DNA of 63,243 nt, filler included, from Thraustochytrium aureum (taxonomy: Eukaryota): NCBI GenBank assembly GCA_012862495.1. It is 4 parts of 3 records of this genome, joined end to end, with 100 filler letters (N's around TTAATTAATTAA, not from the genome) between each part and the next. Parts side by side here need not be neighbours in the genome. Positions count along the whole stretch, not along the records: positions 1 to 26,694 come from BLSG01000105.1; 3 more parts are not named here. One strand, given 5' to 3'. Of this stretch, positions 1 to 11,900 are shown piece after piece; within the stretch, counting starts at the first letter, position 1, and the number at the start of each line of letters is the position of its first letter. The translations under genes and the position numbers were made by a program. The notes beneath the pieces are model-generated. The model was not told where the DNA came from. It worked only from the letters and a program-made list of their open reading frames with translations, and did no database searches.

Positions 1-3
1 GGC

Positions 4-351
4 GTGGATTTGAGGCGCGAGCGCAGCGACGTTTACCCGGGGATCACGCAGCTGTTTTTCCGGCCAGCTGGCGAGGTCATCATTGAGGTCGTCGGGCCAA
101 CGCCCGGCGAGCAGCTCCCCGAGGGAAACTTTCTTGGCGAATTGAGCAAGGACAGCCCGCCCATGCTGTGGGGCATTACGTTTGTCTCGAGCGACCTTGA
201 CGCCACCAAGGCCTTCCTGGGCGACAATCTTTCGAAAGTGCGCAACGCGGTCCAGAAGGGACGACGCATCGCCACGCTGCGCACCAACGAGCTGGAGATC
301 GCGCCGGCAATCGCGATCATGTCGCCGCACACTGGCGCCGCCAAGCTTTAG
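4..351 (+). CDS. Glyoxalase/VOC-family protein, C-terminal part (5' end outside window)
   Basis: QLFFR...IIEVVGP and LWGITFVSSDLDAT...VRNAVQKGRRIATLR resemble the beta-alpha-beta repeats of bacterial-type VOC proteins. Confidence 0.6.
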   Translation: MDLRRERSDVYPGITQLFFRPAGEVIIEVVGPTPGEQLPEGNFLGELSKDSPPMLWGITFVSSDLDATKAFLGDNLSKVRNAVQKGRRIATLRTNELEIAPAIAIMSPHTGAAKL

Positions 352-375
352 CTCTGCAAGTGGGTGTCTCTCTCA

Positions 376-449
376 CGCTCGAGCGCGCAGTTTAGCACGT
401 GTTGCCGAGCTGCGCTCGAGCGCGCAGTTTAGCACGAGTTGCCGAGCTG
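376..449. repeat. 37-bp tandem duplication in the region between two convergent 3' ends
   Basis: cgctcgagcgcgcagtttagcacg(t/a)gttgccgagctg occurs twice (376-412, 413-449). Confidence 0.85.
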
Positions 450-537
450 CGCAACTCGCTGCCGAGCCTGCAAGCACCGCAACCCAGCAGCCGCTCGCGC
501 ACAAGGAGACCAAAAACAAATGCTGCAAACGGTTTGA

Positions 538-1246
538 CTACCGCCGGCGCGCGGCCTCGGCTTTCGCCAGCAGTTCTATCCTCGCTTGCAGCGGCGTCTC
601 TACCTCTTGAACCGTCTCGCCTGCGACCGGCGCCCCCGCGAGCTCGTCCTCGCCCCGCAACTTTCGGCGCTTGGATCGCAACTCGTCCGGGAGAAGGTAG
701 AGGCTGTCCTCCTGAGCCTTGCGCGCCAGCTCGGCCTGCCGGCGGTCGCCCACCGAGTCGGCCCCCGCGGCCTTGCCCAGCTTGCTCTCCACGTACTGCA
801 GCATGAGCGGATTGTTCGCGCCCATTTCCATCACTGACGAGGCGTACTGCGCGGCAGGCTCGGGCCTTCCCGTGTCGCCGTCCGCTGTTTCCCGCTTTGC
901 CGCGGCTATTGCGCCGCGGGCCTCCCCACGTCCCGTCAGCTGGCCCGTCGCCGACACAGTGGTGCCTTTCACTTTGGTCAGCTTGCGCATGGCCTTGATA
1001 TCCGCGAGCCTCACGACGGCCACCTCGTCCTCCTCCTCATCGAGCTCCTGCGCAGCCGGCGCAGAGTGCGAGGGCCGTCGAGCACCCCCACCGTCGTCGC
1101 CGGTCTCGATCGCCGCCGCAGCGTCCGAGGGCCGTCGAGCCTCGGCATCTCCATCGCCGCCGTCGCCGTTCGCGATCGCCACGGCGTCCACCGCCGCGCC
1201 CTGCCACGAGCGCTGCTGTTGCTTCTTCTTCTTCTTCTTTGAACAT
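538..1246 (-). CDS. C9orf78/TLS1-like splicing factor (HCA59 family); probable 1-bp frameshift just after the ATG
   Basis: LMLQYVESKLG, EDSLYLLPDELR and VQEVETPLQARIELLAKAEAARR match recalled C9orf78 motifs. ATG TTC AAA GAA gives MFKKKKKKQQQR if one A is removed. Confidence 0.7.
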
Positions 1247-1572
1247 GGCGCCGCAGGGCCCTGCCCGCCCGCCCGCCTGCCTCGCTGCCGGCCTGCGCGC
1301 GTCCGCTGCCGGCCTGCGCGCGTTGGCGATGGGGCCATGCCCGACATGGCGCCACCATGGCGCAGACATTTCAAACCCACATCGGNNNNNNNNNNNNNNN
1401 NNNNNNNNNNNNNNNNNNNNNNNNNNNNNNNNNNNNNNNNNNNNNNNNNNNNNNNNNNNNNNNNNNNNNNNNNNNNNNNNNNNNNNNNNNNNNNNNNNNN
1501 NNNNNNNNNNNNNNNNNNNNNNNNNNNNNNNNNNNNNNNNNNNNNNNNNNNNNNNNNNNNNNNNNNNNNNNN

Positions 1573-2231
1573 GGCGCGTTGGCGAAGAGCTTGCGCTCGG
1601 ACGCAAGTACAGGGAGGCCTTGGAGAGAGCCGAGGCGCGCACGAGGACGGCCGTGGACTCGGTCGACGCGGAGGAAAAGCTCGTGGATGAGATTCACGAC
1701 CTCAAGGTGAGTGCGGCGGAGGGGCGGAGGGCACGCAAGTTGCAAGGCCGTGCGCGGCGTTTGGCGGCTCTCGCGCCGCTGACGATGCGCGTTGCTGCGC
1801 TGCGGGGTGGCTAGAACCGGCTCTTCGACGCCACGGTCGACGAGCAGCAGCTTCGGCTGATCACGGAGCGCGTGGCCCTCGCGCCGGCGGTCGCAAGAGC
1901 TGCAGGTACGTTCGCCGAGCGGGACGCTCTGGTTGCCAAAGTGCTCGGCCAGCGCCAGCGGTTGGTCGAGCTGCGCGATGAGTCGCTCGAGCTCGAGCGC
2001 GGGATTCTTGCCAAGCAGCGCTTGGCGCGCGAGGCTTGGCATGCGGCCAGGGGCGAGCAGCCCAAGCTGAGCGAGGTGGCGGCCGATTCAGGCCTGACGC
2101 CCGAGCAAAACAAAGCTCTTGCTGAGCACAACGCCTGGCTCAAGCACCTGCTTACCGCGATGGTGCTCGAGGCGAAAATCAACTGGGCCGCAGACCCTGC
2201 GCTCCGGGAGATGGTCATGGGGCCCACCTAG
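1573..2231 (+). CDS. CENPH: Centromere protein H (CENP-H/Fta3)-like; 5' end in gap; intron 1707-1814
   Basis: Coiled coil ending LLTAMVLEAKINWAADPALREMVM, the CENP-H C-terminal signature. A GTGAGT...GCTGAC...TAG intron restores the frame. Confidence 0.7.
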
Positions 2232-2682
2232 AGTCGGGGAATCCGTCGCCGCGCCAGACTCGCTGCAAGGGCAGCGAGGTGCCGAGTGCGCGCTCCGAGG
2301 CAGCACCGAGGCAGCTAGGGGTTGGCGGACTAGCAGCGCGCCCGTTCCGCCGCCGCGTTCACAAACACCCGAGTCGCTGCAAGACCTGCCTCCAGTAGTA
2401 GAAAATCGCTGCAAGGGCAGCCTGCTGTAAACCGCGCGCTCTGATGCCGCGCTCGGCGGCGGCCAGCCGGCAGCGGGCCAGCTCAGCGCCAAGCAAACAA
2501 ACATCGCGTGACTTAGCTTTACTTGCAGAACAGTCCCACTCGCGACCAGACCCGCCTCGCTTCCGAGCACACCTCGGGGGGCGAGCGGTGCACGGACCGC
2601 CGCGCTCTCGCCTCGCTGCACAGCCGCCCAGCTCAGCCGCACAGGCGGGCGCAGAGCCAGCTCGGCGCCACATCGTCAAGCG

Positions 2683-2722
<40 letters not shown>
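2683..2722. repeat. (GGCT)n microsatellite
   Basis: Direct tandem array. Confidence 0.9.
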
Positions 2723-2746
2723 CGTGTGCCCCATTGCGCTTCCGCC

Positions 2747-3664
2747 ATGGGGTCCACCGCGCGTTGGCTTTGCACGAGCGCGCGCGACTGCCTCACGCAC
2801 GCCTGGCACCGCGCGATGACTGCCGGCGAGGCCGGGGCCGAGGAGTCCATCAGGCTGCTGCGCCGAAACGCCGACGTGACGGCCTCCGGGACTGGGTACA
2901 CGACCGTGGCCGCCGCGCACCGGACGCTGTCGGCCGACGCGACAAGAGGGCGGCGGATAGTGATCATCGGGGACGTTCACGGATGCGCCGACGAGCTCGA
3001 GGACCTGCTGGCCAAGGTGGGGTTTCGGCAAGCGGAAGACGTGGCCGTGTTCGTTGGCGACCTCGTCGCGAAGGGACCAGCCTCTGCCCGCGTAGTTGAC
3101 ATTGCGCGGAGCCTCAACGCCTATGCGGTGCGCGGCAACCACGACCACTACTGCGTGTTGCGGCTCGGGGACGACCTGTTCCCGGATCGCGAGCACACCA
3201 AGCTGGCGCGCGGGGGCTTGTCTAGCGAGCAAATGGCCTGGCTCGCCGCGCTGCCACTGTCGCTGCACATAGCCGAGCACAACGTGACGGTGGTGCACGC
3301 CGGCGTCTTGCCCGACATCCCGATAGAGAGCAACTCGCTTCAGGACATGTTGCACATGCGCAACGTTGTCAGCAAAGACGACGGGTCCGGCGAGGGCCAC
3401 TATTCGGGGACGAGCGACCCCAAGGTAGGAAAGCCCTGGGCAAGGCTGTGGAATGGGCCGGCGCACGTCGTCTTCGGTCACGACGCAGTACGCAAGCTGC
3501 AGCGAACCGCCTTTGCGACTGGCCTCGACACGGGGTGCGTCTACGGAGGCGAGCTCTCTGCGCTCTTATTGCCATCGCACAAGGTCGTCTCGGTCCCAGC
3601 CCGCCGCGCGTACCAGCTGCCGGGCAAGGCGGCCGCGGGACCGGCAACAACGGCCCGGATCTGA
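2747..3664 (+). CDS. Calcineurin-like metallophosphoesterase (ApaH/PrpE-like PPP family)
   Basis: Motifs GDVHG, GDLVAKG, RGNHD, HAG, FGH and GLDTGCVYGG. Start is at 2747 or 2816. Confidence 0.85.
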   Translation: MGSTARWLCTSARDCLTHAWHRAMTAGEAGAEESIRLLRRNADVTASGTGYTTVAAAHRTLSADATRGRRIVIIGDVHGCADELEDLLAKVGFRQAEDVAVFVGDLVAKGPASARVVDIARSLNAYAVRGNHDHYCVLRLGDDLFPDREHTKLARGGLSSEQMAWLAALPLSLHIAEHNVTVVHAGVLPDIPIESNSLQDMLHMRNVVSKDDGSGEGHYSGTSDPKVGKPWARLWNGPAHVVFGHDAVRKLQRTAFATGLDTGCVYGGELSALLLPSHKVVSVPARRAYQLPGKAAAGPATTARI

Positions 3665-3785
3665 ATCTGGCTTCTCAAGTCTGACCTCGGCTTGCTAGCA
3701 AGCGAGGATTTCTCTGCCGGCCTCGAGAAGCAAGGGAGGGGGAATACAATTTCACATGACCTAGGCTGCTGAAAGGCGGCTTTCT

Positions 3786-6076
3786 CTACCGGCCTGGCTC
3801 TCCCCCAGCACCGGTCGCCAGCGCAACCTGCTTTTGAATCATAGTCGTCGCATATGCATTTCGGCCGTCGAGGAACTCCTTGGCAGAGTGGTACCTAGCC
3901 TGCTCCGAGCGAACCGCCTCGCGTTTCTCCTTGATAAGCTCGTACGCCTTGGCCTTGGCCTTGCTCTTGTTGGCGGCAAAGGCCGCCTCAGCTTGCTCCT
4001 GCGCCGCCTGCGCCGCCAAGGCGGCCCGCCGCTCATTTTCTCTCCGAATGCTTTCCTGGCGCCGCTTGATCGACTCTTGGGCGTACGCTTCGCTCTGCGC
4101 AGACTTTTGGGCGACCCGCGCCTTGCGCTCGCAACCTTTGAGAAACTCCTCGTGCGCCCTCTCCTCGACGATCTCCTTGGCAGCGCCCAAGAAGAGGTTG
4201 CGCTTCTTGACCTTTTCCTCCTCCTCCTGCAAGGCGCGGATTTCGTCCTCACGCTCCTGGCGCACCTTGGCGAGTTTGTCGAGCAGTTTGAGCTGGGCCT
4301 CGTCCTTGAGCTCTTGCTCGACGCGCTGGCGCTCTGCGTCGCGCTCGCGCGCCTGCTGCCGCGCCTTGCGGTTCGCTGATGCGGCCAAGTCGCGCGCTCT
4401 GCGGATCTGCGCGAGGCGCGCCTGCATGGCTAGCTCCTTCTCCACCTTGCCCTCGACGATCTTGGAGCGCCTTGTCCGCCGCTCGTGCTCCGCTTTCACC
4501 TCGTTCATCGCAAGGCGCTCCTTGAGTTCGATGAGCGACATCTCCTCAAGGAGGCCGTGGCCGCCGCTCTGTGTAGGGTCGAACGCGGTCACGCGCTGCG
4601 TTGGGACGCGCTCCAGCGCTCGAATCTGCCTGATCAGGTCGTTGCGGCGCTGCTGCTCCGCCTCATCCTCTTGCCGCTTTTGCTCCTCGAGCCGAGCCTG
4701 CTCTGCACGCATTTCTTTCATGATGCGCCGATTCCGTCGCTCAATCTTGGCTCGTTCCGCCGCTGGTAGGTCGCGCGTCTGGTGGATTTCTTCGACCTGC
4801 CTTTGCTTCTCCTCTCGGCGTCGTTGCTCGCGCGCGGCGAGCGACTCTGCGTGCCGCCGGCCTTGCTCGCGCATTCTCACTGCGACTTTACGGTTTTCCG
4901 CAAAGTTGCGCTCCATTGCGAGTCGGGCCTCTTCCTGCGCAGCCGCGCTCTCGGCCCGCCGCTCCTCGACAGCGCGGAGCTTGGCTTCCTCGTCGCGCTT
5001 TCGCATCTCGCTTTGCCACTGGTAGAACGTCGTGCTGTCTCGCAGCTCGGCCTCGTACGATTCGACTAGCTTGGCTTCCTGGGCCTGCTTCTTCTTGTAC
5101 AACGCGTCCTCGCGCAGGACTGCGGCGGTGTTCATCTTCACGACCGCAGGCTTGGCCTCAAAGTCTGGCAGCGGGTTGGCCACGAACTTTTTGCTGAGCA
5201 CCTTTTCAATCTGCCGCTCGTGCTCCTCCACGGCCTTGGACAGCGTATCGCGCGTCTCGTGAAGGTTGAACTGGTGCTCGGGGCCGTACTTTTTCGCGGT
5301 CTCTTCCAAGACGCGTTCGCGGGCGGCTTTGCGCTCCTCCTCGATCTTGGCCAGTGGCCTCTGGTCCAGCGCTTTTGGAACGGGCTTGGCCGAAGAGACC
5401 TGCTTGATCGCGAACGGCTCTGGGACGCGGACGGGGCGGGCTGGCGTGATGTTGAATGGCTGCGGCACTGTCGGGGGCTTGCTCAATACTTCGGGGAGCC
5501 CAGCTTGCTTCGACGATGCCTCGCGCTTCTGCGCGAGCCCAAAGGCGTCCGAGCTCAGCTCGTCGCATAGCGCGTCGATATCGCCTTTGCAGGCCATGAG
5601 CGGGTCGATCATCTCCCCCTCGACGAATCGGAGGTCGTACATAGTGATCCACTCGTCTTTGACCCAGGTTTCGAGCGCCGCCTTGTCGAACAGATAGCTC
5701 AGAAATACGTGCATCTTCTCGGCGGGCTGCGACCGCACGAGTTGCGCAAAGGCGCCAAACCCGAGCTCGCGCAGGCGAAAGATCGCCAGATACGAAAGGA
5801 TCATGTACTTGGTATAGTCGGACCGCGAGGTGGTCGCGCTGTTGTTGAAGTAAAGCTGGTGATGAGCGCCTTGAGCGCGTTCTTGTACCGCACGCACCCA
5901 TACAGCACCTGCTTCACAAACACCTTGTCCTGCGCGCAGCACTTGTCGCCCTTCAAGGCCGCTTCCGCGTGCGAGTCGAGCGTGCTAGTAACCGGGTTGA
6001 ACCCCTTGAGCGTGGACTCGCACAGTGCGATCAACGCCTTGGCCTCCATGCCGGCGGCATTCTCCATGTGTGCCAT
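3786..6076 (-). CDS. CFAP99: Cilia- and flagella-associated protein 99-like; 1-bp frameshift near 5852
   Basis: N-terminal FVKQVLYGCVRYK...ITSF joins YFNNS...YMILSYLAIFRLRELG, followed by PTVPQPFNIT, KMNTAAVLREDALY and GHGLLEEMSLIELKERL plus a long coiled coil. Confidence 0.8.
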
Positions 6077-6586
6077 ACCAACAACCTCGGTTGCAGTTGG
6101 CATCAACCGGCAGCCGCGTGGCCGCTCCGCCAAGCCGACCAGCCCACGCCGCGGCGAAGTTAACGCAGCAGCTCCGCCAGGGTCGTTCCAGAGCAGACGC
6201 AACGACCAGCCAGGCAGGCAGGCAGGCGGGCGGGCGGGCAGGCGGGCGGGCCGGCCGACCTCTTCGCGCACCCGAGCTGCCTTCGGAGTCTGCTGCACTT
6301 CGCCCCAACGGATATTTGTCACTTGCGCAATCCCATACGTATTCACAATTGGCCCCCGAATCCGCTGCTTTTTCGTATGTAAAACCTTCTGGCAGTTCTT
6401 GCGAGGGTCTGGAATAGAAAGGGCCAAGGTGCGAGACCGGTGGTGGAAGGGGTGGAAAAAGGGCCCTGCGATTGGTGGACAAGGTGGACGCGAAGGCAGA
6501 GTTTGAAAGTGTTCGAGCCCGAAAGCGGAGCGCGGAAGAAGCGCGGAAGGGCCTTGCGGCGGGCGGGATAGCGGGGGCGAATCGGG

Positions 6587-7207
6587 ATGGCTGGGAATGA
6601 GTCGGCCGGGCGCCAGGGCCTCTCGCTGGAGCGCTTCGTGCAGGCCAAGCAGAACAATCCCGCGGTGCATCGGGCTCGTAAGTTGGTTGATGTCGGCTGG
6701 CGGCCGCGGCCTGGCGCACCGCGGAGCGCTTGCTGACTGCTGCGGTGCCCAGGCAAGAAGAAGGAGTTTATTCGCAAGGCCAACGTCGTGAGAAACTACA
6801 AGCGCTTGCTCAAGCAGGAAGGGTTCGAGGCGGCTGAGCCCAGCCGTGGGGCGAAACGGCCGCGAACCAGCGACGGCCAGCAAGGCGAAGCACCTCCTGG
6901 CGACAACAAGGACGGCGCAAGCAAGGGCCGTGAACAGCGCGACAAGCGGCAGCGCAAGCCAAAGACCAACCCATACCAAGACGCGAAGCGCCAGGCCGAG
7001 GAACGCGAGGAGGCTGCGCGGCTTGAGCGGGAGAACGCAGAGGCGCGCGAAAAGGAGCGGGTCACCAAGCAGAAGGAGCGCAAAGCCTGGACGCGCAAGC
7101 TGACCCAGCGCACGCGACGCGGCCAGCCCGTGCTCAAGCACAAGATCGACCACCTTCTCAGCAAGATTGAGCGCGACATGGGCAAGACGCCGCCTAAAGG
7201 CCCCTGA
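6587..7207 (+). CDS. rRNA-processing protein Fyv7/TAP26 (CCDC59-like); intron 6678-6752
   Basis: Spliced product MAGNESAGRQGLSLERFVQAK...RKKKEFIRKANVVRNYK, with C-terminal LTQRTRRGQPVLKHKIDHLLSKIE. GTAAGT...GCTGAC...CAG intron. Confidence 0.8.
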
Positions 7208-7332
7208 AACGGAGGGGAGCGCGATGATACACATGTACGTACTTCTGACGTCGGCCTTTTACCCTTGTTAGTTTTCTGCGTTGGCAGTTGGCACTGCCCA
7301 GCCAGGCCAAGCGCGGCCGCTGTAGATCGCCG

Positions 7333-8379
7333 CTATGGTGTGCTCTCAAAAATTTTGTCCAACAACGTGAGCGCGTCCTGCTCGGCCTGCGACGAAGCTA
7401 CCTGTTGGAATCGCCGCCGCGACGAGGCGACGTTCGGCGCCTTGCCTTGCACAGCTTGCACAAGCGCACTGATGCTGTTCTTCTGCTCGTCGCCCGGAGC
7501 CCTATAGTGAAAAAGGTCGTACTCGCGAATGATGCGCTGCAGCTCACGCCGCAGCATATTGAGTCGCTCGCACTTGAGCTGGTTGGCCGTTGTACGGTCC
7601 GAGTCGCAGTCCTCAAAGGGCTCCCACGCGCGGCTGTTGAGCGCCTTTGCAGAGGGCAGCTTCAAGTTGAGACTTGCCAAAGCGACCGTCTGCGCGCCCT
7701 GAGAGGAGGCGAGAAGCGAGATCGGTATGTAGCGCATGCTTCCAAGCTCGAGCCAGGTCCCATAGGCTCCTGCAACGACGCGGACGCCCACGACGCAGTC
7801 GCCTGCTAACAAAATGCCGACAACGTTGCTCGATGGCTCCTCCCCAGGTTTCAGGTGGCCTTTTGAGGGGGACCGGAGCGGTCCGAATCGCGACGTCCTC
7901 ATCCGCGGAGACGCAGTAAAAGNNNNNNNNNNNNNNNNNNNNNNNNNNNNNNNNNNNNNNNNNNNNNNNNNNNNNNNNNNNNNNNNNNNNNNNNNNNNNN
8001 NNNNNNNNNNNNNNNNNNNNNNNNNNNNNNNNNNNNNNNNNNNNNNNNNNNNNNNNNNNNNNNNNNNNNNNNNNNNNNNNNNNNNNNNNNNNNNNNNNNN
8101 NNNNNNNNNNNNNNNNNNNNNNNNNNNNNNNNNNNNNNNNNNNNNNNNNNNNNNNNNNNNNNNNNNNNNNNNNNNNNNNNNNNNNNNNNNNNNNNNNNNN
8201 NAATCTGATTCATCTTCCCTTGTGGACGCCAGGTGGGACCTGTGGCCCATCTGAACGTCATTCCGCGGCGCGAGAGCGACGCCAAGCGCGTCCAGCACGC
8301 CCAGCCCAGAGTACAACCCATAGCCGGTGAGACTCATGGCTATTGCCAGCGACCCGCACACCATGCGCTTTAGCGACAT
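7333..8379 (-). CDS. Hypothetical protein with N-terminal signal anchor, interrupted by a gap
   Basis: MSLKRMVCGSLAIAMSLTGYGLYSGLGVL hydrophobic start; the frame is open on both sides of gap 7923-8201. Confidence 0.45.
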   Translation of the reverse strand: MSLKRMVCGSLAIAMSLTGYGLYSGLGVLDALGVALAPRNDVQMGHRSHLASTREDESDXXXXXXXXXXXXXXXXXXXXXXXXXXXXXXXXXXXXXXXXXXXXXXXXXXXXXXXXXXXXXXXXXXXXXXXXXXXXXXXXXXXXXXXXXXXXXXFTASPRMRTSRFGPLRSPSKGHLKPGEEPSSNVVGILLAGDCVVGVRVVAGAYGTWLELGSMRYIPISLLASSQGAQTVALASLNLKLPSAKALNSRAWEPFEDCDSDRTTANQLKCERLNMLRRELQRIIREYDLFHYRAPGDEQKNSISALVQAVQGKAPNVASSRRRFQQVASSQAEQDALTLLDKIFESTP

Positions 8380-8913
8380 GCCGACTGCTGCGCGCCGCGG
8401 CGTCCGCCCAGCTCGAGCGGTCCCTCGCGCAGCCAAGCTGTCTGGAGACGGCCGGCCGGTCGGCGCTCGAGGTGTTTCGTCGAGAGCGCCGATCCCGCTC
8501 GACTCTGGCCGCCGAGCGGCAGGTCAGCCTGCGCGCAGAGTACCCACTTGCCGGCCGCCTGCCGTGCAGCCCTGCAGCTCCGGCCAGACCGCGGGCGCGG
8601 CAGGCCTCGTCGAGCGGTTGCCGACTCGTGCTCGACCGATGCCTTGGCACTTCTGAACTGACATTGCCCTCGAGGTTGCAGATCCCAGACGCCCGCCAGC
8701 ACAATGCGGCAGCGCGATCAGGGCCGTGCCCAGGACGAGCAGCAGCAGGACCCTGGCCTGGGCGAGCAGGGCCTGGGCGAGCAGCAGCAACTGCAGCTGC
8801 AGCAGCAGCAGGGGGAGGAGGCGGGGCGACACGGTCTGCGGAGTGCGTCCGCGGCCTGCTTGAACACAGCCGAAGCAACGGCAGCGGCTCCAGCGCACCA
8901 ACCTGGTTCGCGT

Positions 8914-11900
8914 ATGGCGCCGTTCGAGAGGTTTCGCGTGTTTGACGCTCGGGACTTTGTGCTCGTGGTCGGCCTGCCGGCGCAAGCGGTGGGGTCTGCG
9001 CAGGACGAAGCAGGCTTGAACCAGCTCGCAGCGCACGTCAAGCTGCTGAGGTTTGACAAGGCCGCTGCTGCAAGATCCACCCGGCTGGCTGACTGCATGT
9101 TCGCCGACCCGAACGCGTACACCGCGGCAAGTGTGGAAGCCGAGCTCCAGCGCATCGCAACGCAGTGCAAGCGCAGCGGAGGGCTGACTCGCGTGCTCGA
9201 CGCCGTCGCCCTCGCAGGCTGCGTGCGGTTCGTCAAGGGCTACTACTTGGTTCTCGTAACCAACTGCGTCGAGGAAGGCCGCATCGACGGCCATCCTGTG
9301 TATGCGGGCAAGGGCAGCGAGCTGGTCCCCTTGTTTGACGACGCGACGACAGCAGAGTCGTCTCGGCTGATGCGCAGCCCGTGGTCGATGTTCTCCGGCC
9401 AGCAGGACCCAGAGGCGGCTGTTGAGGACGAGTTCAAGAGCCTGTTTCGCCTTGTCGACCTCTCAAAGGCATGCTACTGGTCGTACACGTACAACCTGGC
9501 GCAGAGCGTGCAAAACAATGTCGCCGCCGCGGTTCTGGAGCGCGCCGCGCCGGAAGGCGCCATCTTGCAAGCCCCTGACGACCGCTTTGTCTGGAACAGC
9601 TACCTGTGCAAGCCGCTGCTAGAGGCGCTCTCGGAGTGCGCGGGCGAGCGCACCGCACTGGCGCTGGCCACCTGCCCCTGGCTCATTACCATGGTCCACG
9701 GCTCGTTCAAGCAGCAGCGCTGCTCCATCTTCTCCCGGAGCGTGACACTGACGCTCGTGGCGCGACGATCGCGCCACTATGCAGGAACCCGGTACCTAAA
9801 GCGCGGAGTCAACGATGACGGGGACGTCGCGAATGATGTCGAGGTGGAGCAGATCGTGCAAGACCACATGTTTCTTGCTTCGACCCCGGGCACCGTGTCC
9901 TCGCACGTGCAGGTGCGCGGCTCGGTGCCAACCTTTTGGTCCCAGGAGGCCTCCGTGGCCTCGCCCAAGCCGCCGATCAAGCGCAACCGCTTCGATCCAT
10001 GGTTTTCCGCGACGCGCAAGCACTTTGCCGACCTCTTTCGCAGATACGGCGACTCGATCCTGGTGCTCAACCTCGTCAAGCAGACGGAGAAGCGCAAGCG
10101 CGAAATTATTGTCGGAAATGACTACAAGCATGCCACAGAGTTCCTGAACACCTGGCTTCCGGACGACCTCGCCTTGCAATACAGGGCCGTCGACTTTACC
10201 CGCCTCTCAAAGGCGGACCCTGCCTCACTCTTACGCGCCATCGACTCGACGGCGCGGGACGCGCTTGACTCGACGTCGTTCTTCACGGCGCCGGTCACGG
10301 CCATGCGGCTCTCAAGCGGCTATGTCCCAGGTTGCCTCGCGCACCGCATGAGGCTCTCGACCAGCCCGCGCAGGGCGCTGGCGAGGCTTCGGCGCTTTCG
10401 CGCCGACCCGCTCATCAAGCTTCCACTCCGCTGGTCGCTGCGCAAAATGCGCTTTGTGCCAATGCGAACGAGCGGGGCTGTCCTGCGGGCGCCCGTGTCG
10501 CTTCTAGGCGTTGACGGCGCCAGCGCCAGCGCGGGCACCGGCGTCTCGCCAAGGCGATCGTTGCAGGGCTTTCGCGCGAGCTCGCAAACGCTCGAGGGCG
10601 ACGCGGCCTCGGACGAGGGCGACGCCGTGGCTGGCGGGTCCGCTTCGCCGTCTGGCATGTCGCGATCGCCGAGCACTGCTTCTCTATCTTCTGAGGTGGA
10701 GCTCGGCGCTCGAGAGCTGCTGCGGCGTGCAGGGCGGGCCCTCGACGACGCAGCTCGTGAACATGGCCTTGAAGACGACGTCGACGATGATGACGAGCTT
10801 TTGCCAGAGGGCTACGAAAGCGAGGAGGCCGAAGACGATGGCGCCGCGTACAGCAACCTCCTCGCGGAAGCGGCAGCTCTGCCTGGCGACCTGGCTGGCT
10901 CGCCGAGCTTGGGCTCCCGGCGCCGCGTCGGTCTCCTGGGGGCGGCAGAGGCTCGCGGGGGGACGCGTAAGCGCTCCGTGTCTTCTGCCGCAGCAGCAGC
11001 GCAAGCCGCCCAGGTGCCGAAATTCCAGCGCGGCGTCGTGCGAACCAACTGCATCGACTGTCTGGACCGCACCAACCTGGCGCAGTTTTTGATTGGCCTG
11101 CAAGTCCTGAACGAGCAGCTCAAGGCCGTCGGCGTTCTCGGCCCTGGCGACCGCGTTGGCACCGACTCGCGCATCGCCACAGTGCTGATGGAGATGTACG
11201 AAGAGATGGGCGATCGCATTGCGCTGCAGTACGGTGGATCGGACGCGCACCGCAAAGGCGGCAAGCTCATGTCAAATGCGAGCACCTCGTCGCGCCAGCA
11301 GGCCTTTTATACATCTCTGAAGCGCTACTATTCGAACGCGTTCACGGACCACGCCAAGCAGGACGCCATCAACGTCTTCCTCGGCACATACCGCAGCGAG
11401 CATCGAACCAAACTGGCTCACCAGCGCGCGGCGAGCTCCGGCGACACACAAAACGCCGCGGATTTTTACTTGCACAACCGCGCCGTGCAGGCCGAGCCAG
11501 ACTATTTGCTCGAGCCACTGGCGCTCCGCATCGACGGATGGTGGAAAGCTCCACTCGAGGGATTTGCGCTCCAGGTCGCGGCGCCTCTCACAGCTCTTGC
11601 CTCGCTTGGTTCCCTTCCGCCAACGAAGGGGAGCGGCGAGGTTCAGAAAAACATAGCAGTCATGGAAGTGCCGGATGAGCGTCCAAGTACTGCGGATTCT
11701 GCGAGCGGCCCCGGTATGACGTCCTTCGATGTCCTGTTCTCGCGCAGCTTCTTCCAGCCAGTTCCCCTGGCCTCGCCTCAGCCACCGTTGCAAAGCGCTT
11801 CCCCACCGCCTCCCCCAAGAGTCAAAGCAAACGTCGCCGAAGCGTTTGGGCCAGGCTCGCCCGACTCGGCTGCGGCGGCGGCGACAAAGGGCCAGTCTCG

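Noticed and set aside
719..7234. Long antisense or alternative-frame ORFs (e.g. 719..1690, 3880..5025, most of 5801..7234)
   Set aside because: They are shadow ORFs from high GC content overlapping better-supported genes.
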